In this document: positions 28,980 through 37,900 of the stretch, piece by piece
Layout of the letters: the number at the start of each line of letters is the position of its first letter
Position numbering within the stretch: position 1 is the first letter of the stretch
Origin: a virus
IMG/VR virus record: IMGVR_UViG_3300042547_000361
Span: 4,327 to 68,326 of that record
Strand: one strand, 5' to 3'
DNA: 64,000 bases
The notes under the pieces: model-generated
Database searches by the model: none
The model's input: only the letters and a program-made list of their open reading frames with translations
What the model was told of the DNA's origin: nothing
Position numbers and translations under genes: made by a program

Positions 28980-29306
28980 ATGGCTCAAAAAATCTCAGTT
29001 GCCCCACGCTTACCTGCGGCACCCGTTGAGTACGACCAGCGGTTTATAGATCAGCTCACAAACATTTTGCGGTTGTATTTTGCGCAACTTGACAACCCGT
29101 CGCCCATGCTTGTTTCATCGCAAGGTGTTGGCACTACGGACGTGATTAGCGCGATGTCGTGCGCACAGCCAGACCCAGCCAGCCCTGGGCAAGTGGTCAT
29201 AAGCCTGCCAACTCAGGCAGACTTCGTAAATTTGCGCTCTGGTGACATCTACTACGACACTTCTGGTGGCGCTGCCACTAGCTACCCTTTGCGCATAAAG
29301 GCATAA
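28980..29306 (+). CDS. hypothetical tail protein
   Basis: PRLPAAPVEYDQRFIDQL..LRLYF pattern. Confidence 0.65.
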   Translation: MAQKISVAPRLPAAPVEYDQRFIDQLTNILRLYFAQLDNPSPMLVSSQGVGTTDVISAMSCAQPDPASPGQVVISLPTQADFVNLRSGDIYYDTSGGAATSYPLRIKA

Positions 29307-29336
29307 TATGATCAACCCCTTTCTCGTGAGGCAAAC

Positions 29337-30647
29337 ATGAGCCTTCAACAGCTTGCCGCCAACCACCTTGCTGCGCAAGGGCGCGGTCCCGATTCACAGC
29401 TTGTCCACATGTCTCCCCGCGAAGTCGCTGGGTTGCAGGCTTTGGCCAAAGCTAGTGGGGGCTCACTCACCGTTAATCCCCAGACAGGTCTGCCCGAAGC
29501 TGGCTTTTTGGACAAGATTCTGCCGATGCTGATCGGCGTCGGGATCACCGCCGCTACTGGCGGCGCTGCCACTCCGTTGATGGTTGGGTTGGGAATTGGC
29601 GGGCTTGAAGCAGCGCGTACTGGCAACTTGGGCAAAGGTCTCATGGCCGGTCTCGGTGCTTACGGCGGCGCAGGTATTGGCGCAGGTTTGATGGGCGCGG
29701 GCGCGGAGACGCTTGGCGCGACCGCCAACGCAATGGGTGTCCCCGCAGCAACAGGGGCCGGATCGCAAGCAGCAATGCTAGCCGCACAGAACCAGGGTTT
29801 TGGTCAAGCCGGTTTAGAAGCTCTTGGGCAAAGCGCCGCTACAGCGCCGGGTGCATTTACCGGTTTTGTTAACACGCCTGTGCAGTCCATGACTTCTGGC
29901 GCAATGGGGTTGACAGAAGCTCCGGGGCGCTCAGCGTTTATGAACGCTGTTGGTGGGGGTAAAGGAGCGCTCAAACTTGGGGCAGCCGCCGCAGCACCTA
30001 TGCTCATGCCGGAACCGCCCAAACCCCTCGATATCCCCATGAGCGGACCCAACCCGTACCGCTACCGCTTTGAATCAGGGCAAATTGCGGACCCCGAAGC
30101 AGGCTACACCGGCCCCGTCTCTGGCCAGCGTCAATACTTTGATCCGCGCTACATAGCGCTTGCTGGCGGCGGCCCGGTCGAGCAGATGTCCAATGCCAAC
30201 GCAGTGGGGGCCAACACCGGCTACCCGATGGCCAACGTGCAACGCAATGCGTACGCAGTTCCGTACCAACAACCAATGTCTCAAAACGTGGTTACTGGAC
30301 CTCAAGATACGGGCGTTGATACTTTTACGGGTGAACCCCGTATGGCGGGCGGCGGCATCTCCCACCTTGGCGATTACTCCGACGGTGGCCGTCTGCTCAA
30401 AGGCCCTGGTGACGGCGTCTCTGATAGCATCCCCGCCATGATCGGCAACAAGCAGCCCGCACGCCTTGCCGATGGTGAGTTTGTGGTGCCCGCTCGCATT
30501 GTCTCTGAGCTAGGCAACGGCTCGACCGAAGCCGGTGCACGTAAGCTTTACGCCATGATGGACCGCATCCAAAGCGCTCGCGGCAAAACCACCGGCAAGA
30601 ACAAAGTGGCGGCTAACTCCCGCGCCGACAAATACCTGCCAGCATGA
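29337..30647 (+). CDS. putative internal virion/ejection protein
   Basis: GRGPDSQLVHM, NPQTGLPEA, Gly/Ala hydrophobic segment, GPGDGVSDSIPA...LADGEFVVPA module. Confidence 0.7.
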   Translation: MSLQQLAANHLAAQGRGPDSQLVHMSPREVAGLQALAKASGGSLTVNPQTGLPEAGFLDKILPMLIGVGITAATGGAATPLMVGLGIGGLEAARTGNLGKGLMAGLGAYGGAGIGAGLMGAGAETLGATANAMGVPAATGAGSQAAMLAAQNQGFGQAGLEALGQSAATAPGAFTGFVNTPVQSMTSGAMGLTEAPGRSAFMNAVGGGKGALKLGAAAAAPMLMPEPPKPLDIPMSGPNPYRYRFESGQIADPEAGYTGPVSGQRQYFDPRYIALAGGGPVEQMSNANAVGANTGYPMANVQRNAYAVPYQQPMSQNVVTGPQDTGVDTFTGEPRMAGGGISHLGDYSDGGRLLKGPGDGVSDSIPAMIGNKQPARLADGEFVVPARIVSELGNGSTEAGARKLYAMMDRIQSARGKTTGKNKVAANSRADKYLPA

Positions 30648-31093
30648 ACATCCAAGAAGGCAAGCTTGAGTGGTTTGGAGGGAACCAAGACGCCCTGAAC
30701 ATGTATCGGGCGTTTATTTTTCTTGCGCACACTTGGGACGATTTGGTTGACAAAGACAAGGACGTACCGGAAGACGCCATCAACCAAGCCTTCTTAACCG
30801 CGCTTGTGTACTTGCCTGCAAACCCTTTTTACCGCAGCATCCAAAATGACATTTTGCCCATGTGGCTTGTTGTCGTGTCGTCGTTCCAGACGGCCAATGC
30901 CTATGAGCGAAGCAAAGATGCGCACGGTATTGAGATCGCACACGGGCTGCGCTACGCCGCAGGCAACATCATTGCGTATGCAATTCATGTCTGTGTGGGC
31001 GCTGAACAAGCTAAGCTACATTTACCAGAGATGTGGAAGGCTATTTTCCATGAGCGGTTTGATGCTTACCGCGAGGAGCACTTAGATGTTTAA
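30644..31093 (+). CDS. helical DDxxD-motif protein (isoprenoid-synthase-like?)
   Basis: HTWDDLVDKD motif in a helical-looking 149-aa protein. Confidence 0.6.
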   Translation: MNIQEGKLEWFGGNQDALNMYRAFIFLAHTWDDLVDKDKDVPEDAINQAFLTALVYLPANPFYRSIQNDILPMWLVVVSSFQTANAYERSKDAHGIEIAHGLRYAAGNIIAYAIHVCVGAEQAKLHLPEMWKAIFHERFDAYREEHLDV

Positions 31094-33104
31094 TGTTTTT
31101 AAATGGCTGTTTAACCCCGATTGGTACATTTTACGTTTTGCCCAAGGCGGTAGCGGCGGCGGCGCTCCTGCGCAGCAGACCAGCATCGCGGACCTGCCCG
31201 AATGGGCCAAGCCGTATGCGCAGCAGACGCTGGCAAAGACGCAGGCGCTGACCGACGTTACTAAGTTCCCCACCTACACTGGCGGTGAGCGCATTCAGGG
31301 GTTTGATCCGCTGCAACAGCGGGCTTACGAAGGTGTTGGCCAGATGCAAGTTCCTGGGCAGACCGGGATGGCGTCCAATATTGCAGAAGCCGCTGCCATG
31401 CGCGGCCTCAATACGCAGTACCAGCCGGGCTATTTTGGCAATCAGTTCCGCGCTCCGGGGCAGTACCAGCCCGGGCAGTTTGGCATGATGTCGGCAGAAG
31501 CGCCTGAGCTGCAACAGTACCAGATGGGCCCTGCCGAGCGTGTGCAGGGCGGGCAGTACAACGCCCCTATGATGGACACGGCGCAGACCGGATACCGCCC
31601 AGATATCCAGGCGTTTCAAATGGGCCCTGCCGAGCGTGTGCAGGGCGGGCAGTACAACACGCCTGAAATGCAAGCTGCGCAGACTGGGTATCGGCCCGAC
31701 TTGCAGCAGTACCAGATGGGGCCAGCACAGCAAGTTGGCACGCAAGACTACACGGGCGGCAATGTTGCCAAGTACATGGACCCCTACATGCAGCAGGTGG
31801 TCGGTGTTCAGCAGCGTGAAGCGCAGCGCCAGTCGGATATTGCTGGTACGCAAGAAGCTGGGCAGGCGGTTAAGCAAGGCGCTTTTGGTGGCTCCCGTGC
31901 GGGTCTGCTTGAGGCAGAGCGTCAGCGCAATCTGGCTACTCAACTGGGCAACATCCAAGCTACTGGTAGCCAAGCCGCGTTCCAAAACGCGCAGCAGCAG
32001 TTCAATACGCAGCAGCAAAGAGAGCTGGCTGCGCAGCAGGCAAATCAAGCTGCCGGTCTTACTGTCGGCGGTCAGAACCTTGCCGCACAACTTGGCATAC
32101 AGCAGCTTGGCGCACAGACGGGGGTTCAGACCGCGCTGGCTAACCTAAGCTCTGAGCAACAAGCCAATGTGCAAAACCAAGCCGCACAACTGCAAACACA
32201 GGGCCTCAGTGCAGGTCAGGCTATGCAGGCGGCGCTTGCAAATCAGCAGGCAGGGCTCACTGTTGGCCAACAAAACTTGGCCTCGCAACAACAAGCGCAG
32301 CAGCTCGGTACACAGACTGGGCTGCAAACATCGCTGGCCAATCTCAGCGCAGAACAGCAGGCCAACGTACAGAACCAAGCCGCACAGCTTCAGACCCAGG
32401 GTCTTACCGCTGGCCAAGCCATGCAGGCGGCGCTGGCCAACCAACAAGCCGGACTCACCACCGGACAGCAAAACTTGGCGGCTCAGCTTGGCATTCAGCA
32501 GCTAGGCGCGGGGCAAAACCTGCAAGCACAGCTTGCCAACCAGCAGGCGTTCCAGCAGGCACAGGCTCAGCGGGAAGCGTCGCGTCAATTTGGTGCGGGA
32601 CAGGCAATGACTGCCGCGCAGGCACGCGCCCAGTACGGTCTGGCAGGTCAGCAGCTTGGTGAGCAGTCTCGCCAGTACGGCGCTGGTTACGGGCTACAGG
32701 GTTTAGGCACTGCCCTTCAAGGCGCAGGACAATTGGGGCAACTTGGACAGCAGCAGTTCGGGCAGCAAAAAGACATCTACGGTCTGCAAAACCAGTTTGG
32801 TGCGCAGCAGCAAGCGCTGGAGCAGCAACGCCTGTCACAGCGGTACCAAGACTTCCTTAATGAGCAGCGCTACCCGTACCAGCAGTTGGAGTTCATGTCG
32901 AACATCTTGCGCGGCACGCCGATGGGTACGGTCAATACAATGTACGCCCAGCAGCCCAGCGTCGCTTCGCAGCTTGCAGGTCTGGGTGTTGCAGGCGCGG
33001 GCGCATACGGGCTGGCCAACCGCAAAAAAGGCGGCGCGATCAAGGACAAAGAAAAGACACGCGCAGGCTTGAACGAGCTGGCACTGATGAAGATGGGGGC
33101 TTGA
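31086..33104 (+). CDS. putative ejection/DNA pilot protein, Gln-rich
   Basis: YMDPYMQQV, GAFGGSR motifs; internal 32-aa and 66-aa repeats. Confidence 0.75.
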   Translation: MFNVFKWLFNPDWYILRFAQGGSGGGAPAQQTSIADLPEWAKPYAQQTLAKTQALTDVTKFPTYTGGERIQGFDPLQQRAYEGVGQMQVPGQTGMASNIAEAAAMRGLNTQYQPGYFGNQFRAPGQYQPGQFGMMSAEAPELQQYQMGPAERVQGGQYNAPMMDTAQTGYRPDIQAFQMGPAERVQGGQYNTPEMQAAQTGYRPDLQQYQMGPAQQVGTQDYTGGNVAKYMDPYMQQVVGVQQREAQRQSDIAGTQEAGQAVKQGAFGGSRAGLLEAERQRNLATQLGNIQATGSQAAFQNAQQQFNTQQQRELAAQQANQAAGLTVGGQNLAAQLGIQQLGAQTGVQTALANLSSEQQANVQNQAAQLQTQGLSAGQAMQAALANQQAGLTVGQQNLASQQQAQQLGTQTGLQTSLANLSAEQQANVQNQAAQLQTQGLTAGQAMQAALANQQAGLTTGQQNLAAQLGIQQLGAGQNLQAQLANQQAFQQAQAQREASRQFGAGQAMTAAQARAQYGLAGQQLGEQSRQYGAGYGLQGLGTALQGAGQLGQLGQQQFGQQKDIYGLQNQFGAQQQALEQQRLSQRYQDFLNEQRYPYQQLEFMSNILRGTPMGTVNTMYAQQPSVASQLAGLGVAGAGAYGLANRKKGGAIKDKEKTRAGLNELALMKMGA

Positions 33105-33105
33105 G

Positions 33106-34833
33106 ATGATTAACGTCAACCAAATCACCTCGCAGCTTGCACGGATGCCTGATCAGGCGCTGCAGCAGTATGCGCAGATGCACAAACATGACCCCTACAT
33201 CATGTCGTTAGCTGTGACCGAGTCCAATCGCCGCAAGACAATCCGCACTGCTGCGCAGATGGACGCGCCTGAAGAACTTGAAGTAAACGACCAAGAGCTG
33301 CAGGACATGGCCGCCCCCATGCCCGAGGACGTCGGCATCGCTCAGCTCCCAACAGGCAATATGAACTTTGCCGATGGCGGCATCGTTGCGTTTGGCTCTG
33401 GCGGTGATGTGCCGAGGTACCAGAGTCAGGGGTTGGTACAAAACCCCAGAGGTATACAGTATGGTGGCGTCTATCAGGACCAGCCTGGAGCGCCTGCTGG
33501 AAGTTCCGGATTTCTTGGCGGCAAAACCGGCTACGAGGGCATGGGGCCGGGAGAATTTCTCCAGGCAATTTACGAAGACCTAAAACGTAAAATAGGTCCG
33601 GGGCTGTCGCCCACAGATCGCGCTAAAGCCGAACGCGAGGCGCAAAGACAAGCTAACATGATTGCTGCTGGCCATGTTGCGCCAGACCCACGGGGTTCGA
33701 CGTACTCACCGGAAAAATACGGCGTGACCAAATCTGCGCCCTTGGTTCCGGGTGCTCGGGGTGCTTTCTTTCAAGAAGCAACGCCGCCTGTCGATGCCGT
33801 TGCCGCGCCCGATGGCGGCACTGCCGCCCCACGCCAACGTACCCTTGCTGGTGGCCCCGAGTTTCTTGGAGGTCCTGGCCCCGGCGCAGCGCCTGCTGCC
33901 GGGCTGACTGCGGCTGCACCCAACTTGGACGTTTCCAAGATGATGTCCACCGCGCTTCAGGGCGCTGCAGCAGCCAAGCACCCGTACGAATCCGAGCTTA
34001 AGGGTATTGGGCAGGAGCGCGTTGCAGCCAAAGAAGCGGAAGTTACTGGACTGGAAGCCATCCAGAAACAGTTCTCCGACATATACAAAGGGCGCAAAGA
34101 GCGGCTGGATACCAAGGAAGCCGAGCTGAGCAAACTCAAAGACCAAGGTATGGGCTTGGCGCTGCTGCAAGCAGGCGCAGCCATGATGACCACGCCGGGC
34201 GGGTTTGGTACAGCGCTGGGCAGGGGCGTCAGGGTGGGCACAGAGCAGTACGCTGCGGGACTTGATAAGCTGCAAGCGGCCAAAGACAAGCTATCCGATG
34301 CGCGTGACCGTCTGGAAGAGATTGAAGCACAGCGCGGCGAGCTGTCTGCTCGGGAGTTGTTCAAGGCCCGCAACGCGGTGAAAGACACCAGCATTGGTGC
34401 CCGCGAAGACTTGGTAAAAGCCAACATGCAGATGTATGGCCTCAAGCGCGAAGAAGCGCTTAAGCTGGTGGAGCAGCAAGTCAAGGTCGGACTGTCGCAG
34501 TTTGAGCAGGGCGAAGCAACCAGACGGTCGGCCTTTGAGCAGGGCGAAGCAACCAAGCGCACCCAGATCACGGCAGGCGCACAGCTTGGGTTGCTCAGAG
34601 CCGTTGCCAACGACCCCAAGTTGCAGGCTATCTACGGCAAAGGGCAGGGCCAGAACAAAATCATGGACGAGTACACGGATTTTGTAAAAGCAAACCCGCA
34701 GTACCTTGCAAACGAGAGCGCAGGGCTCCAGGCGTTCCTGCGAGCCAAAGGTGTGCTGTCTTCGCTGGGCGCTGCAAGCGCAGCACCGGGCGCAGGCGCG
34801 GCACCGGGGCCGGTACTTCCAAGGAAAGACTGA
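33106..34833 (+). CDS. putative ejection protein
   Basis: FADGGIVAFGSGG motif, coiled coils, position. Confidence 0.7.
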   Translation: MINVNQITSQLARMPDQALQQYAQMHKHDPYIMSLAVTESNRRKTIRTAAQMDAPEELEVNDQELQDMAAPMPEDVGIAQLPTGNMNFADGGIVAFGSGGDVPRYQSQGLVQNPRGIQYGGVYQDQPGAPAGSSGFLGGKTGYEGMGPGEFLQAIYEDLKRKIGPGLSPTDRAKAEREAQRQANMIAAGHVAPDPRGSTYSPEKYGVTKSAPLVPGARGAFFQEATPPVDAVAAPDGGTAAPRQRTLAGGPEFLGGPGPGAAPAAGLTAAAPNLDVSKMMSTALQGAAAAKHPYESELKGIGQERVAAKEAEVTGLEAIQKQFSDIYKGRKERLDTKEAELSKLKDQGMGLALLQAGAAMMTTPGGFGTALGRGVRVGTEQYAAGLDKLQAAKDKLSDARDRLEEIEAQRGELSARELFKARNAVKDTSIGAREDLVKANMQMYGLKREEALKLVEQQVKVGLSQFEQGEATRRSAFEQGEATKRTQITAGAQLGLLRAVANDPKLQAIYGKGQGQNKIMDEYTDFVKANPQYLANESAGLQAFLRAKGVLSSLGAASAAPGAGAAPGPVLPRKD

Positions 34834-34845
34834 CCCTTATATACT
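34817..34845 (+). promoter_or_regulatory. sigma70-type promoter for the giant gene
   Basis: TTCCAA-17 nt-TATACT. Confidence 0.55.
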
Positions 34846-34850
34846 CAAGG

Positions 34851-34894
34851 CACCGTCTGGATTCGGCCCGGACGGTGACTCTTTTCTAAGCCGA
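34851..34894 (+). promoter_or_regulatory. putative H-type pseudoknot leader
   Basis: 10-bp stem 34851-60/34868-77; loop TCGGC complementary to GCCGA at 34890-94. Confidence 0.5.
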
Positions 34895-34908
34895 CACAAT
34901 TTGCAGCT

Positions 34909-37900
34909 ATGGCACAGTACCTCACGCTCCCCAACGGAAGTCAGTTTGAAATTCGACAGGGCGAAACGCGAGAACAAGCGCTGTCCAAAGCTTTGCAACA
35001 GTACCCAGAAGCCTTTGGGTTCGGGCAAGCAGCGCCCACAGAAACGCCCGAGTCTGGGTTTGTGCCAGCGCTCAAGTCTGGCATCTCCTCGCTCAAGTCT
35101 GACGTAGCCGCGCTGGCCGGTCGTACCGGCATCATGGATCAGGCTGCGGCAGAAAAGTATATCCAAGAGCAGGCGGACTACCAAAAGCGTACGTTCAAGC
35201 CCACCGCCACGTTTGGCGAAGCGCCGGTTACTAAAACCCTGGAGCTGCTTGGCGGCTCCTTTCCCTACATGGCCGCGCCCATCGCCGCTGGTGCCCTTGC
35301 ACCGGCAGGCGCTCTTGCACTGGGGGCAGCAGGCGCAGCGTCAGCGGCGCAGTTCACGGGTTCCAACCTATCCCGGCAGATGGGCGAGGGCAAGGCGCTC
35401 GGTGAGACCGACATCACGGCTGCCGCCCTTGCGGCTGTTCCCCAGGCTGCGCTCGATGCGCTCAGTCTCAAGATGCTGCCCGGTATTCGCAGTATTTTTG
35501 GCCAAGCAGGCAAGGAAATTTCCAAAGACGTTGCCCAGGCAATTGCCCAGCAGAGCGTCAAAGAAGTTGCCAAGGACTACGCGGTTGCCACCGGCAAGGC
35601 AATGGGCACTGAGGGTTTGACCGAGGTCGGGCAGCAGGCGCTTGAGCGTTTGCAAGCCAGTTTGTCGTTGACCGACGAGAAGGCTCGGGACGAATACCTT
35701 GAGAGCCTGATCGGCGGCGCGGTGTTGGGCGGCGTGCTGTCCCCTGCCGGTCGCTACGTCGAGCGTGGTCGCCAAGCCAAGAAGGAAGAGGCAGACACCC
35801 TTGCTGCGGCAATGAAGCAGCGCGAGGCTGACGCCAAGCAGCGCGAAGCAGCACTGACTTCCCCCGAGGGGCGGCTTGCGTTTGTTGAGGACTACGAGGC
35901 TCGGCAGGCCCGGTTCCAAGAACTCAAAGACATAGCCAAGCCCGGCAAGGACGCCACGCCGCTGCAGCAGGCCGAGTACACCGAGATCAAGAAGGAAAAG
36001 AATGACCTGGGCAGGAGCCTGTACCGCGACAGCGCCGAGTACAAAAAGGCGGTGCCCATAGCCCAGCAGCTCAGAGAGCAGCGCCGCGTCGATGCGATGA
36101 CGCCCCAAGAGTATCAAATGGAGCAGCTCGGGCTTGCCCCAGGACTTGCCGCCCCGCCAGCAGCACCGACACCGCCCTCGGCAACGGACGAGCTGTTCAG
36201 CTTGTACACCCAGGGTGCGCCTGCTACTACTGCGCCCAAAGCTGAACCTGTTTCACCCGTCAATCAGTACGTAGCGCAGCAACTTAATCTGGCCAGCCAA
36301 AGTTCGTACCTTAAACCGGAGGCGGCTGACTACGCTGCGTACCTGTTGCAAAACCCCGAGATGGCTGCGCAGATAACAACGGAGACGCCCATGCCGGGGC
36401 TAGCCCGTGCCGAGCGCAACGCCGTTGCTGGCATGGTTAAGCTGCAACTTCAAACGCAAGCGAAGGAGGCGCTGCAGCCTCGCGTTGAAGACTTGGCCGG
36501 GCAAGTACCCAAGAAGGCTGTTGGCAAGCGCAAAGCCCCTGATTACGAGGCGTACCTGCAAGACTTGGAGGCCATCGACTTTGATCGCCGCGAGGGCCAG
36601 ACAGCCGAAGACATTGCCAACATGGAGAAGCTGCAACGTCCTACCGACGTTACCGCTCAAGGCGAGATGTTTGGTCAACCTGCGCAGCAGACGGTATTGG
36701 GAGAAGCGCCAAAGACACGCCGCGAGCTGCTTGCTGATTTGCGTGTTGCGCGTGTTGCGGGCGACCGCAACGCCGCCGAAGCCATCATCAACAGCCTGCG
36801 AGCAGTAGACAAACGAGACGAAGCCGACGCAGCACGCGTTGCGGGCGGCCAGCAAAAGTTTGTTCTCAATGGTGAGCAGCGCGAAGAACTCAGTGCTCAA
36901 GGCTACAGCGAAGAGCAAATTGACGAAGTAGAAGCCAAGGCGCAAAAGTCGCTAGGCCAAGCAATCGGCGCAGGCCAGACGCCGCTGTCCACAGCCATTC
37001 AACAAGTTGCATCTGAAAGCCGTGCTGATGCGTTTTCTGAAGTCGTGGACTTGGTCAATCGCTTTAACAAGGGGGCGGCAAAGCAAGAGCAGTTAGATGC
37101 CGCTAAAGAGCGGGTTGTGTCCGGGCTGCTCACAGACATCCGGCAATCACGCCAAGAGCCGTTGACCGAGGAAGAAACGCGTGACATTACGCGCAATGCA
37201 AACGAGTTGCTGCGCGAGCTGACCGAACGCTTTGGCGACACGCGCTCGCTGTCTCAAAAGGGCAAAGACCTTTTTGTACCCGCCCAAACTCGCACAGGCG
37301 AATTTCGTACCGATGAAGTGCCCGGCACAGGCTATCCGACAGTTGAGTCTCGTGTTCCGGGTCGGCAGACTTTTAGCAGCCCATTTGCGGCGGCGCAATC
37401 TATTCGTGAAGGGCTTGAGGAGCTGCGCACCCGCGCCATCACCTCGGCGCAAGCACCAAGCTATACACGCACGTTTACGCCCCGCGAAGTCAGTGTTGAT
37501 GCCGCAGAGGCGCAGCTTAGCCGTGAGTTAGCCAAAGACCCGCAGACGCACAGCCCCGAGCAGCGCCGCTTGCTGGAAGCAATTGGCGACAACGTGCGCA
37601 TGATGATGCGCCCTGAGACCCGGCAGGACGTTTCAAGCTGGCTTTACGACTTGGCGCGTGATCCCGCTACTGTGCCCACAGACAAAACGCAGGCCGTACG
37701 CGATGCGTTGCAGATGGTCGAGCAAGCCAAGTTGTCGGATCAAGAGCAGCTTGGGTTGCCGTTAGGCCCGGGCAAGAAGCTGCGGCAAGAAGCGCCGCAA
37801 GTGTTGAATAAACCAACGCCCGTGCAGCCAGGGTCGTTCAGCCAAGTCAGCTTTGAGCCTGAGTACGAGGCCGCTACGCCGACCGTTTTCAACAGCTACG

